Source: Chitinophagaceae bacterium (GTDB taxonomy: Bacteria > Bacteroidota > Bacteroidia > Chitinophagales > Chitinophagaceae). From it: a stretch of DNA of 64,000 nt. Positions within the stretch are counted from its first letter, which is position 1, and the number at the start of each line of letters is the position of its first letter. The translations under genes and the position numbers were made by a program. The DNA lies in NCBI GenBank assembly GCA_031374245.1, contig JANMFO010000206.1, forward strand, positions 909 through 64,908, read 5' to 3'. This document shows, one piece after another, positions 36,321-46,377 of the stretch. A model generated the notes under the pieces. That model did no database searches and had not been told where the DNA came from. It saw only the letters and a list, made by a program, of their open reading frames with translations.

Positions 36321-36355
36321 AATAACAATGCCTCTGATAAGGAGGCATTGTTATT
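36321..36355. terminator. Bidirectional terminator hairpin between convergent korB and the cupin gene
   Basis: A 14-bp perfect stem (AATAACAATGCCTC / GAGGCATTGTTATT) with a 7-nt loop and AT-rich flanks. Confidence 0.7.
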
Positions 36356-36373
36356 TAATATAATTAAATGATC

Positions 36374-37254
36374 TTATGCTACAGTTTGCAACACTCTCGC
36401 AGCATTCTCAAACACTTTCTTCTCTTTTCTCTTATACCACCATTTTGGCAAAGTCTTTTTCATCATCGTATCAATACCCCGCATACCAATAAGGCTCCAG
36501 GCACCTTTTAATTTTCCGGCCAGTGATGGCTGCATGGCTCTAAGGCTCATAGCAAAGCCGCTGTCTAAATATTCCATATGGTGCCAGTAACCGGCAGGCA
36601 TAAATAAAGTATCGCCAGGTTCTAAAATAAAATCAAAACCTTCCGCCAGTTTTAATGCAGGGAATTTTTCATAATCCACTTTTCCTTCTACATAATAATT
36701 GGAAAAGTCAGCCATACTCAATACTTCATACGGCTTGCGGTACAATTTGTATTGTTCTTTATAAGGAAACATCAGCACCCTTTTTCTGCCTGCAAACTGT
36801 GTGTGCATGATATGCGAAAGGTCAATGTCAAAATGCATATGTGTGATAGAGGTGGCACACCCGTAAACAGCATCGGGTATTTTTTTACATAACCCTTCAT
36901 ATATTCTTCAGGCCAGGTAAAATCATTAATCAATTGGGGAGCATGGTCAAAAATATTGAACAGGAATATGCGCCAGGCAGCAGGACCGGCACTTATCATG
37001 TCTATATATTCACCAAAGGTTTTGTAATCGTCTGCCGTATTAATGGGGGTGTAGGCATCACTTTTTACGTTATTATAAAGCGGCACTTTTTTATCACCAA
37101 CCAGCTGCTTGAAATAGTCCCAGCTCCATTTGGTATAAGCAGGCCATTCTTTAGCAAGATTTTTGATAACTACGGGAGTGCCGGGTTCATAAAATTCTTT
37201 TTTGAACCTTTCGGGGCTGATAGTATCAAATGTGGCAACCGGCTTTAATTGCAT
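36374..37254 (-). pseudogene. Cupin-like (JmjC/cupin_8) protein interrupted by a 1-nt frameshift
   Basis: ORFs 36772..37254 and 36374..36838 together give ...YPMLFTG / ATSITHMHFDIDLSH... The frames meet near 36857-36858. The His/Asp metal motif (HxD...H) is split across the junction. Confidence 0.65.
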
Positions 37255-37359
37255 AATTGGAAATGTAATTATCGGGCAAATTACAAATTGTCGTGCAAAT
37301 AGCGACTTAAGTTATAATGTTTTAGCGAAAGCCTGTATTTTTAAGGAGAACGATAGCTT

Positions 37360-37968
37360 ATGGTATTACATATACATCCGGAAGACCCGCAACCACGGTT
37401 GATAAAGCAGGTGGTGGAAGCCTTGCAAAAGGGTGGAATTATTATTTATCCTACTGATACGGTTTATGGTCTTGGCTGCGACATTCTGCAGCAAAAAGCA
37501 GTAGAAAGAATCTGCCGTATTAAAAAAATTGACCCTAAAAAGGCACAGCTTTCATTTGTATGCAGTGATCTCTCGCACCTGAGTGATTTTGCAAAGCCAT
37601 TATCAAACCCTGTTTACCGGTTGCTCAAAGAATATTTACCCGGACCCTACACTTTCATTTTGCCTGCCAGTAAAATGGTACCTAAAATTTTACAAAGCAA
37701 AAAAGATACGATTGGTCTCCGCATTCCGGATAATAAAATTGCTATGGCTATAATAAAAGAATTGGGACGGCCCATTCTTAGTGCTTCATTGCCGGGAGAA
37801 ATGGTGGAAGACTATACTGATCCGGAAGTGATGTATGAAAATTTCAGGAATGAAGTGGATTATGTAGTGGATGGCGGAATCGGGGGGATTATTCCTTCTA
37901 CGATTATTGATTGTACAGGTGATGAACCTGTGTTGTTACGGGATGGGTTGGGAGAATGGAAAGAATAA
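37360..37968 (+). CDS. tsaC: L-threonylcarbamoyladenylate synthase (YrdC/TsaC type)
   Basis: IIIYPTDTVYGLGCD, RIKKIDPKK..., and SAS...GE motifs, 202 aa. Confidence 0.85.
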   Translation: MVLHIHPEDPQPRLIKQVVEALQKGGIIIYPTDTVYGLGCDILQQKAVERICRIKKIDPKKAQLSFVCSDLSHLSDFAKPLSNPVYRLLKEYLPGPYTFILPASKMVPKILQSKKDTIGLRIPDNKIAMAIIKELGRPILSASLPGEMVEDYTDPEVMYENFRNEVDYVVDGGIGGIIPSTIIDCTGDEPVLLRDGLGEWKE

Positions 37969-37980
37969 ATTTGATGGCAT

Positions 37981-38010
37981 AAAAAAAGCTACTCAACCGG
38001 AGTAGCTTTT
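37981..38010. terminator. Bidirectional rho-independent terminator
   Basis: A7 - AGCTACTC-AACCG-GAGTAGCT - T4, between convergent tsaC and 38061..38363. Confidence 0.7.
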
Positions 38011-38060
38011 CAAACATTCAATCACAAGATTCCTTCTTTTATATAGAGTAGTCACAGAGA

Positions 38061-38363
38061 TTATATCAACCTGCGGCGACCATTATGCTTAAAACGGAAT
38101 GCATCACGCCGGGTTTCGCATTTAAGTTTATGTATTCTTCTTCTTTCTAAAGGCGTTACTATTCCGTCTTTGCGGGCATGATGTTGCGCTGCTTTAGACC
38201 GAACAACATCTTTCCTTAATTCAAATCTTTCACCTCTTGTTATCTGGCCACTGTTAAAACCTTGTCTTACATAATGCCGGCGGATATTATCGCCTGGGCG
38301 TTGTGCAGAAGCTGCTGCGGATAAGAGTATCAGTATAAAGCTGATAGATAAAATCTTTTTCAT
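38061..38363 (-). CDS. Small secreted, highly basic protein (two ITxxE/VTPLE-type helical repeats)
   Basis: Signal peptide ending ASAQ. Arg/Lys-rich with repeats loosely reminiscent of the LTxxQ (Spy/CpxP-like) motif. Assignment is tentative. Confidence 0.4.
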   Translation of the reverse strand: MKKILSISFILILLSAAASAQRPGDNIRRHYVRQGFNSGQITRGERFELRKDVVRSKAAQHHARKDGIVTPLERRRIHKLKCETRRDAFRFKHNGRRRLI

Positions 38364-38484
38364 AATGGTAGAAATTTTTTGTTATTCAATTTGTTTGGAG
38401 ATAAGACGAAAGACAATTGTCAGGGTTTAATCGGCCGCAAAAATTTTACTATCTACTCCGGGACTTTCGCAAAGCAATAACAGC

Positions 38485-39081
38485 TTAGAATAGTTCAGAT
38501 GGATGGACTTTTAGCCTGAACGTTTTGCGGTGATATTGGCATTGACCATATTCTCTAATTGCCTTGCGATGGGTTAATGAGCCGTAACCTTTATTCTTAT
38601 TCCAGGCATAATGAGGAAATTGTTCATGCAACTGAAGCATATATTCATCCCGGTAGGTTTTGGCTAAAATGCTGGCAGCAGCAATTGAAGCATAAATACC
38701 ATCACCTTTTATAATACAATGATTCGGTATTTTTTTATAGGGACTAAACCGATTGCCGTCAATCAATAATAACTGCGGTTTCTTTTTTAAATTATCCAAT
38801 GCCTGGTGCATGGCTTTAAAACTTGCTTTCAGAATATTTATTTTGTCTATTTCATCATTATCAATACTGGATACTGCAAAAGCAATAGCTTCTGATTCAA
38901 TGATAGCCCGTAATTCATTCCGGTTCTTTTCTGTTACTTGTTTTGAATCATTCAGCAATGGATGAGAAAAGTTTTTTGGCAAGATAACAGCCGCTGCAAA
39001 AACAGGTCCTGCCAGGCAACCACGACCAGCTTCATCACAACCGGCTTCTATTAATTCTTCCTGGTAAAAAGATTGCAGCAT
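38485..39081 (-). CDS. rnhB: Ribonuclease HII
   Basis: [15 protein letters not shown] and DSK catalytic motifs. Start chosen at the ATG giving MLQSFYQEE (39081). Confidence 0.9.
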   Translation of the reverse strand: MLQSFYQEELIEAGCDEAGRGCLAGPVFAAAVILPKNFSHPLLNDSKQVTEKNRNELRAIIESEAIAFAVSSIDNDEIDKINILKASFKAMHQALDNLKKKPQLLLIDGNRFSPYKKIPNHCIIKGDGIYASIAAASILAKTYRDEYMLQLHEQFPHYAWNKNKGYGSLTHRKAIREYGQCQYHRKTFRLKVHPSELF

Positions 39082-39156
39082 ATTGCTGCAATTTCCTGAT
39101 TTTACTTCAACAAAAAACATTTTCGGACAGTTGCTGCAACTAACTTTGCATCCGCT

Positions 39157-40233
39157 ATGGAAGAACAGACGACTCAAAAATCTTCAAAACCGGTAGCCAT
39201 CTGGCTGCTGGTGGGTATAGGAATGATAATCATTCAGATTTTGCTGGGTGGTATTACAAGATTAACCGGCTCTGGCTTGTCCATCACAGAGTGGAAACCC
39301 ATTATGGGGTCAATACCTCCCATGAATGAACAGGACTGGAATATTGCCTTTCAAAAATATCAGAGTATAGCACAGTACAAATACCTCAATTCAGATTTTA
39401 CCTTGGATGATTTTAAATCCATTTTCTTCTGGGAGTGGTTTCACCGGTTATGGGCAAGGTTAATTGGAGTAGTCTTTCTAATTCCCTTTCTTATTTTTTT
39501 AGTTCAAAAAAGATTTAAGAAAGAAATGGTGAAGCCGATGATCATTCTTTTTTTATTGGGTGCAATACAAGGACTGGTAGGCTGGATAATGGTGCAGAGT
39601 GGACTGGAAGATTCAGAATTGTTGTATGTAAGCCATTATAAACTGGCCATACATTTTATTTTAGCTCTTGGTCTTTTGTGCTATACGTTATGGTTTGCCC
39701 TTGATTTGCTAATACCAAAAGAACAGATTACTATTCATAAAAAAATCCGATCATTTGCAGGCTGGATATTATTGTTATTAATCATGCAGTTAATATATGG
39801 TGCATTTATGGCGGGATTAAAAGCGGCAACAACAGCACCAACCTGGCCTGATATAAACGGAGTATGGCTGCCACCTGATATTCATTCCTTTGCCGGCAGA
39901 GACTTTTCCGGACTTTCTTTTTTAACCGATCACCCGCTGGTACTTCATTTTATTCACCGCAACCTTGCTTATCTTATTACTGCTTTAATATTTATATGGT
40001 GGCTGCGCTCTACTAAAATTCAGTCAACAAAATTGTTTCAAAAGACCAGGCTGCTGCCCTTATTAATAGTATTATTACAGGTAGTATTAGGTGTACTTAC
40101 AGTAGTAAATGCTGTTGATCAGCAAGCTTTTTTATGGCTGGGTGTAGCTCACCAGTTTGTAGCAATGCTGCTCCTTCTTTCAATGGTTTGGGTATTATAT
40201 ATTGTCCGTGCTAAAACTGTAACATCTTCCTAA
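39157..40233 (+). CDS. ctaA: Heme A synthase (COX15/CtaA family)
   Basis: 358-aa polytopic protein with conserved His residues ([18 protein letters not shown]). Confidence 0.85.
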   Translation: MEEQTTQKSSKPVAIWLLVGIGMIIIQILLGGITRLTGSGLSITEWKPIMGSIPPMNEQDWNIAFQKYQSIAQYKYLNSDFTLDDFKSIFFWEWFHRLWARLIGVVFLIPFLIFLVQKRFKKEMVKPMIILFLLGAIQGLVGWIMVQSGLEDSELLYVSHYKLAIHFILALGLLCYTLWFALDLLIPKEQITIHKKIRSFAGWILLLLIMQLIYGAFMAGLKAATTAPTWPDINGVWLPPDIHSFAGRDFSGLSFLTDHPLVLHFIHRNLAYLITALIFIWWLRSTKIQSTKLFQKTRLLPLLIVLLQVVLGVLTVVNAVDQQAFLWLGVAHQFVAMLLLLSMVWVLYIVRAKTVTSS

Positions 40234-40297
40234 CAGCACCTTCATTTGAATAAGCAGGTATTTAGTAGTATTTTTAATTGAACCATTTACCAGCTTC

Positions 40298-42580
40298 ATG
40301 AAAATCTGGCTACGAGGATTTTATTTTTCTTTCCCGGTACAATTATTTTTTCTGCATTTCAGAAAATACCAGGTGTTGTTGCTGTTCTGGTTTATTATGT
40401 TCAGCACGGTAAACGGTAGTTTTATGAAAACCTTTGGGGCCGATTCTCTTTTTCTGGCACCGGAGTATTTGGGCAATGTAAATTCATTCAGTTCTGCCAT
40501 TGTGGGTATGTCTGTCGGAATGTTTATCATGAGCTGGAATATTGCTACGTTTATTTTATTCAGCAAGCACTTTCGTTTTCTGGCGGCTACTACCAATCCT
40601 TTTTTGAAATATTGTATTAACAATGCAGTTACCCCAATCCTTTTTCTGGTGTTTTACTTTTTTAAAGCGTACCAGTTTACACACTTTAAAGAACTTATCA
40701 GCACTACCGAAATTTTATTTTTGTTTGGTGGCTTTGCCAGCGGCCTGATATTTATTTTAGCCGTGTCATTCATTTATTTTTTTCGTGCCGATATATCTAT
40801 TCTTCGCAGGATGATGCCAGTCATCAGTAATCCCAATTCCTATATCACACATCTTAACCCCGTAAAAGAAATTTATCATGGTATGCCCCTGATAAGAGTG
40901 GATTATTATTTTGAATCGCCATTGCGGATAAAGCCGGTAAGAAATGTTTCCCACTATACCAATGAGTTTATAGAATCTATTTTTAAGCGCCATCACTTTG
41001 CGGCTATCCTTTCTGTATTTGCAGCCTTTTTATTTCTTGTATTTATTGGCTTTTCTCTTGACCATGCTTTTTTTCAGTTACCTGCTGCCGCCAGCATTAC
41101 TATTTTCTTTGCGATATTGATTGGTGTGGCTGGTGCCATTACATATTTTTTACAAAGCTGGAGTATACCGTATCTCGTTGGGCTGATATTGTTGCTGAAT
41201 GTTTTTTATAAAATGGATTGGATTGATCCCCGTAACAAAGCTTATGGCCTCAACTACTGGAATAAGAATGAACGGCCTTTTTACACAAGGGAAGGCTTAC
41301 TGGCACTCTGCACCAAAGAAAATGTAGAAGCAGACAGGCAAAACATGATTACCGTTTTGAATAACTGGAAGAAAAAACAGGACAGTGATAAACCATTGCT
41401 GGTGCTAATCAGCACAAGCGGTGGCGGTCATCGCAGTGCTACTTTTACAATGAGTGTGCTGCAATATCTGGACAGCATCACTCATGGCGGCATTATGCAA
41501 AAAACTTTTCTGATTAATGGTGCTTCTGGTGGTATGATCGGAGCTGCCTATTTCCGGGAATTGTATTTGCGCAGACGGCAGGGGAAAAATATTCATTTGC
41601 AGAGTAAAGAATATGTGGATGATATAGCCGGGGATTTATTGAATCCTATATTCACTTCTTTTTTTGCAAGAGACCTTGTTGCGCCAGCACAAAAATTTAC
41701 GGTAGGCCCTTACCGTTATGTAAAAGACAGGGGCTATGCTTTTGAACAAAAGCTCAATAGTAATACCAGAGGGTATTTAGATAAACAATTAAAAGATTAT
41801 GCGGCTGATGAAAAAGCTGCCAATATTCCATTGATGTTTTTCGGATCAGTAGTAACAAGAGACAGCCGCAAAATGATTATATCCACCCAACCGGTTCGTT
41901 TTATGATGCAGGCTCCGCAGGATACTACCAATGTTCCATCAGTAGATCCAGACGGAGTAGATTTTGCTTCTTTCTTTGCTAAACAGGATCCTTACAGTAT
42001 TCGTATGTTAACGGCATTGCGTATGAATGCTACATTTCCGGTTGTGCTTCCCAATGTGTGGCTCCCATCTGAACCGGTAATAGATGTGATGGATGCGGGG
42101 CTGCGGGATAATTTCGGGCAGGAAACAACTTTTCGTTTTTTGTCTTCATTCGAAGATTGGATAAAAGAAAATACCAGCGGGGTACTGGTATTACAGATAA
42201 GAGATAGAAAAGCAGGTGGCTGGGAAGTGCCTTATTTGTCGGATGATATAAGCGATCATGTAACAAAGCCTTTTTTATTGTTACAACACAACTGGTTTAA
42301 AATGATGGAGTATTCGCAAAACGATTTGCTGAATTATTATACCCGGCACAGCAACTACCCGGTTTATAAAATTGCTTTTCAATATGCTGCCGATAATGAA
42401 GAAAATAAAGCCGCTTTAAATTTCCATCTTACAAAGCGGGAAAAAAAAGATATTATGAACTCTATTTATGCTCCCGCAAACCAGAAAAACTTCGCAAAAA
42501 TGCTGGTACTTTTTAGTACAAAACCTCTCCCTGATTCTGTTAGGATAAACAATTTATTACTCAAACGTTGGTGGCAATAG
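40298..42580 (+). CDS. Patatin-like phospholipase with a ~340-aa N-terminal polytopic membrane domain
   Basis: SGGGHRS oxyanion motif, GASGG nucleophile elbow and DAGLRDN catalytic Asp. The N-terminal half has multiple hydrophobic helices. Confidence 0.8.
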   Translation: MKIWLRGFYFSFPVQLFFLHFRKYQVLLLFWFIMFSTVNGSFMKTFGADSLFLAPEYLGNVNSFSSAIVGMSVGMFIMSWNIATFILFSKHFRFLAATTNPFLKYCINNAVTPILFLVFYFFKAYQFTHFKELISTTEILFLFGGFASGLIFILAVSFIYFFRADISILRRMMPVISNPNSYITHLNPVKEIYHGMPLIRVDYYFESPLRIKPVRNVSHYTNEFIESIFKRHHFAAILSVFAAFLFLVFIGFSLDHAFFQLPAAASITIFFAILIGVAGAITYFLQSWSIPYLVGLILLLNVFYKMDWIDPRNKAYGLNYWNKNERPFYTREGLLALCTKENVEADRQNMITVLNNWKKKQDSDKPLLVLISTSGGGHRSATFTMSVLQYLDSITHGGIMQKTFLINGASGGMIGAAYFRELYLRRRQGKNIHLQSKEYVDDIAGDLLNPIFTSFFARDLVAPAQKFTVGPYRYVKDRGYAFEQKLNSNTRGYLDKQLKDYAADEKAANIPLMFFGSVVTRDSRKMIISTQPVRFMMQAPQDTTNVPSVDPDGVDFASFFAKQDPYSIRMLTALRMNATFPVVLPNVWLPSEPVIDVMDAGLRDNFGQETTFRFLSSFEDWIKENTSGVLVLQIRDRKAGGWEVPYLSDDISDHVTKPFLLLQHNWFKMMEYSQNDLLNYYTRHSNYPVYKIAFQYAADNEENKAALNFHLTKREKKDIMNSIYAPANQKNFAKMLVLFSTKPLPDSVRINNLLLKRWWQ

Positions 42581-42646
42581 GAAGAAATTGACAACTGAAG
42601 AAAGGTCATATTCTTTATGAACTTAGTTCTTTTTTGGAAAATAGTA

Positions 42647-43540
42647 CTACGGTTGAATAAGCCGGAAACATTTTTTCTTTATTTCAATAGCTACCATGGA
42701 AGGAGTTTCTGCCGGATCGCCATCTATGTGCATTGGCGCATTATCTATGTTTTCAATTCTGATTTTTTCCGTTTGAAAATAAATGACGGGCTGATTTAAT
42801 GAATTTTCCACTTTTTGTAATTTACCTGCCAGAATTTGTTTAAGCAGATTGAAAAGTAAAAATGGTTTTATTGTTTTTTTGGCAATAACAATATCAAGCA
42901 TTCCATCTGCAAGTAGTGCTTTAGGTGCAATGGTGAAATTATTGCCAAATTGGTTGCTGTTGGCAATGCTTATAAAATAGGCTTCAGTAGAAAAAATTAA
43001 TCCATTGCTTTCTATGGAAAATGAGTATGGATTTGCACCAAAAAAATTTTTACTAACTAATCGGGCATAAGTTGTTAAACCTCTTTTAGATTGAAGGGCA
43101 AATTCATGTGCCACTTTAGCATCAAACCCAATACCACATAGCATGCAGGCAAATTGATTATTAATATAAAATCCATCAATGGCAGAGGGTTTCCCATTGA
43201 ATATAACTTCTAATGCTTTGTCTGGTTGTTTGGATATTTTAGCGGCATACGCCAATCCATTTCCTGAACCACAAGGAATAATGCCGAAGTTTATATTACA
43301 ATCCATCAAACTGTTTACCACCTGGCTCACTGTGCCATCGCCACCGGCAATAACTACATCGGTAACTTTTTCTTCCTTTATTATGGAGCTGAGAAATGAA
43401 TAATCACCACTGGCAACAGATGGGAAAACCAGGAAAGGGATTTTTCTCTCCGTAGTTTTATTTTCAATAAACTCTTGCAGATCCTTTTTGGTTCTGGTAC
43501 CGGAAATTGGATTAATGATGTAAATAATATAACGGTGCAT
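42647..43540 (-). CDS. Diacylglycerol/lipid kinase family protein (YegS/BmrU type)
   Basis: NPISG...; GGDGTVSQVVN; GIIPCGSGNG motifs. Confidence 0.85.
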   Translation of the reverse strand: MHRYIIYIINPISGTRTKKDLQEFIENKTTERKIPFLVFPSVASGDYSFLSSIIKEEKVTDVVIAGGDGTVSQVVNSLMDCNINFGIIPCGSGNGLAYAAKISKQPDKALEVIFNGKPSAIDGFYINNQFACMLCGIGFDAKVAHEFALQSKRGLTTYARLVSKNFFGANPYSFSIESNGLIFSTEAYFISIANSNQFGNNFTIAPKALLADGMLDIVIAKKTIKPFLLFNLLKQILAGKLQKVENSLNQPVIYFQTEKIRIENIDNAPMHIDGDPAETPSMVAIEIKKKCFRLIQP

Positions 43541-43543
43541 TTG

Positions 43544-43957
43544 TTATTGAAGTTTCAACGTACATAAATGCAATAAGCGGGAAGGTGCCATTATCATGGG
43601 ATTAGATGGCGAAATAGCCATATAAATTTTTAGTTGTTTTTTACCAGCCATTAATTTCCTGATAGAAGCAGTGGGGATTCTTGCATATACACTGTCTTTT
43701 GCAAGAAGTTGATTACCCAGTTCATCGGTAAACTGCATAGAGTGTAACCAGCCACTTGGAGTGGTTTCAGTATAACAGATTTCTAAAAAACCATTTTTCT
43801 TCCAATCAGCTGCTTTTATTTTTTTCGTATTAAGTGTTTCGTCGGATTTACTGCTGCTTAACAGCGTCTTGTTATTCAGGGTGACTTTCCAACTGTCTTG
43901 TGCTTGCATAACCGGAGTAGTTATTATAAAGCCCAACAAGTAAATTATGTATTTCAT
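43544..43957 (-). CDS. Secreted protein, function unknown
   Basis: 137 aa with a signal peptide ending MQAQ. No motif recognised. Confidence 0.4.
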   Translation of the reverse strand: MKYIIYLLGFIITTPVMQAQDSWKVTLNNKTLLSSSKSDETLNTKKIKAADWKKNGFLEICYTETTPSGWLHSMQFTDELGNQLLAKDSVYARIPTASIRKLMAGKKQLKIYMAISPSNPMIMAPSRLLHLCTLKLQ

Positions 43958-44017
43958 ACTGCTAAAATACTAAATAATCATGCCCTACTCCTGTAGGCAG
44001 GAGTTGTTACAAATAAC

Positions 44018-45067
44018 TTACCACCTCAGCAAAGCACTGGCCCAGGTGAAGCCGCTTCCAAAAGCGGCGAGACATACTAAATCACCATCTTTAATTTTCC
44101 CTTTCTCCCATGCTTCACACAACGCAATGGGAACAGAAGCAGCTGTAGTATTGCCGTATTGCTGGATATTATTATACACCTGATCGTCGCTCAACTTTAA
44201 TTTATGTTGTACAAACTGGGCAATGCGCAAATTAGCCTGATGCGGAATCAGCACTTTTATATCAGTTGTTTGAAGCCCATTGGCATTTAGAGCTTCCATA
44301 ATTACTTCTGGAAATTTTACAACCGCTTTTTTAAAAACGGCCTGGCCATCCATAAAAGGAAAATTTTGTGCATTGTCAATCATATTGTGGCTCATAAACA
44401 TATCACCAATTTCATTATTGTTGAAATCGGCTACTTTTTCATTTACCCAATGGTTGGCATGTGTGCCGGGGTTATACATAGCTAAAATTTCTGCCGCTTC
44501 ACCATCGCTATGCAAATGAGTAGACAGTATTCCCTGACTAACTTTATCGGTTGGCTGTAACACAACAGCACCAGCACCATCACCGAATATGACAGAGATA
44601 TTTCTTCCTCTGGTGGTAAAGTCTAATCCGAAAGAGTGTTTTTCTGCACCAACCACAAGTATATTTTTATACATACAGGTCTTAATAAACTGGTCGGCCA
44701 CACTTAAGGCATACAAAAAACCGCTGCACTGGTTGCGAACATCCAATGCTCCAATTTCTTTCATCTTCATAGCCCGTTGTAGCAATACGCCACAGCCTGG
44801 AAAATAATAGTCGGGACTCAATGTTGCAAAAACGATAAAATCAATATCCTGCGGAGTAATGCCAGCCCGTTCAATGGCAACTTTAGCAGCTTCCACTCCC
44901 ATGGTGGTGGTGGTTTCATCGGTGCGGTGGGCATAATGGCGTTCTTTAATGCCGGTTCGTTCCTGTATCCATTCATCACTGGTATCCATGTATTTCAACA
45001 GGTCGTTATTCGTAACTACGTTGGCCGGAACATACTTTCCTATACCGGCAATTTTTGATTTGTACAT
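44018..45067 (-). CDS. fabH: 3-oxoacyl-ACP synthase III
   Basis: Active-site NQCSGF, HQAN and GNTTAAS motifs. Start chosen at the ATG giving MYKSKIAGIG. Confidence 0.85.
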   Translation of the reverse strand: MYKSKIAGIGKYVPANVVTNNDLLKYMDTSDEWIQERTGIKERHYAHRTDETTTTMGVEAAKVAIERAGITPQDIDFIVFATLSPDYYFPGCGVLLQRAMKMKEIGALDVRNQCSGFLYALSVADQFIKTCMYKNILVVGAEKHSFGLDFTTRGRNISVIFGDGAGAVVLQPTDKVSQGILSTHLHSDGEAAEILAMYNPGTHANHWVNEKVADFNNNEIGDMFMSHNMIDNAQNFPFMDGQAVFKKAVVKFPEVIMEALNANGLQTTDIKVLIPHQANLRIAQFVQHKLKLSDDQVYNNIQQYGNTTAASVPIALCEAWEKGKIKDGDLVCLAAFGSGFTWASALLRW

Positions 45068-45246
45068 AGCAAGCAATTGAGAAAGGAAGATAGGAAATCC
45101 ACGCCAAAGGCGGGACAAGTTGTGGGGGAAATGAAACTTTTCAACCAGAAAATGATTTATTGCATTGAATATGAAACATCAATTGATGGTTGATTAGAAA
45201 CGTATAATGGCAATAAATTTTTATATTCGGAATATAATTGCTGTTT

Positions 45247-46377
45247 ATGAAAAGTTCATCACAAAGGTTTTTGGCTCTGGATGTATTGCGTGGTATGACC
45301 GTCTGTTTTATGATCATTGTCAATACTCCCGGTAATGGTGCCACTTCCTGGGCAGCACTGCAGCATGCCAATTGGAACGGCTTTACACCTACTGACCTTG
45401 TGTTTCCAACATTTATGTTTGTAGTGGGTAATGCGCTGAGTTTTGTAGAAAAAAAATGGGAGGGGCTTTCAGATGGAAAAGTATTCTGGCAGATCCTTAA
45501 AAGAACTATAATCATTTTTTTACTTGGTTATCTTATGTATTGGTTTCCTTTTGTGCATTGGAATGCGCAAGGCGATCTGGAAGCAAACCCTTTTTCACAT
45601 ACCAGAGTTATGGGTGTATTACAACGTATAGCATTAGGGTATTTTTTTGCAGCGTTGATGATACGATACCTGAAAGCTGCTACTGCTATTCGGCTTGCAG
45701 TAGTATTTCTCCTTGCTTATTGGTTAATACTATTATTATTTGACGGAGGAAATGATCCCTACAATATGATTACTAATGCCGGAACCAGATTTGATCTATG
45801 GCTGTTGGGAGAAAACCATTTATATCACGGTGAAGGAACGGCATTTGATCCGGAAGGGGTACTAAGTACATTGCCATCTATTGCCAATGTAGTATTTGGA
45901 TATGCTGCGGGTAAATGGATACAGGATAAAGGAAAAACCTGGGAAGGCTTAACCAAATTGTTACTGGCTGGTTCTGTATTAATTGCTATTGCTCTTTTGT
46001 GGCATACTGTTTTTCCAATCAATAAAAAATTATGGACCGGGAGCTTTGTTCTTCTGACTGTCGGTATTGATTGCATACTGCTGGCAGCACTTACTTATGT
46101 CACTGATTTTTTAGGCCGGACAAAATGGACCTATTTCTTCCAGGTGTTTGGCAAAAATCCATTATTTATTTATCTGTTATCCGAAATAGCCGCAATACTA
46201 CTCTGGTTTTTCCCTGTTGGTAAGAAGAAGCAGGCATTATATTCCTGGTTGTATGAAAATATCTTTCAGTATGCCGGAAATTATTTTGGATCTTTTCTTT
46301 TTGCAATAGCTGTAATGCTTTTCTGCTGGATGGTGGGCTATTGGATGGATAAAAGAAAAATTTATATACGGGTGTAA
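45247..46377 (+). CDS. Heparan-alpha-glucosaminide N-acetyltransferase-like (DUF5009/DUF1624) membrane acyltransferase
   Basis: RFLALDVLRGMTVCFMIIVN N-terminus and a polytopic body. Start chosen at ATG 45247. Confidence 0.65.
   Translation: MKSSSQRFLALDVLRGMTVCFMIIVNTPGNGATSWAALQHANWNGFTPTDLVFPTFMFVVGNALSFVEKKWEGLSDGKVFWQILKRTIIIFLLGYLMYWFPFVHWNAQGDLEANPFSHTRVMGVLQRIALGYFFAALMIRYLKAATAIRLAVVFLLAYWLILLLFDGGNDPYNMITNAGTRFDLWLLGENHLYHGEGTAFDPEGVLSTLPSIANVVFGYAAGKWIQDKGKTWEGLTKLLLAGSVLIAIALLWHTVFPINKKLWTGSFVLLTVGIDCILLAALTYVTDFLGRTKWTYFFQVFGKNPLFIYLLSEIAAILLWFFPVGKKKQALYSWLYENIFQYAGNYFGSFLFAIAVMLFCWMVGYWMDKRKIYIRV

Noticed and set aside
34680-37285. Shared 7-mer inverted repeats in two divergent promoter regions: AATTACA-N18-TGTAATT at 34680-34711 and TGTAATT-N8-AATTACA at 37264-37285.
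   Set aside because: AT-rich 7-mers are expected many times by chance in this genome. The two dyads also differ in arm orientation and spacing, so a common regulator site is not supported.
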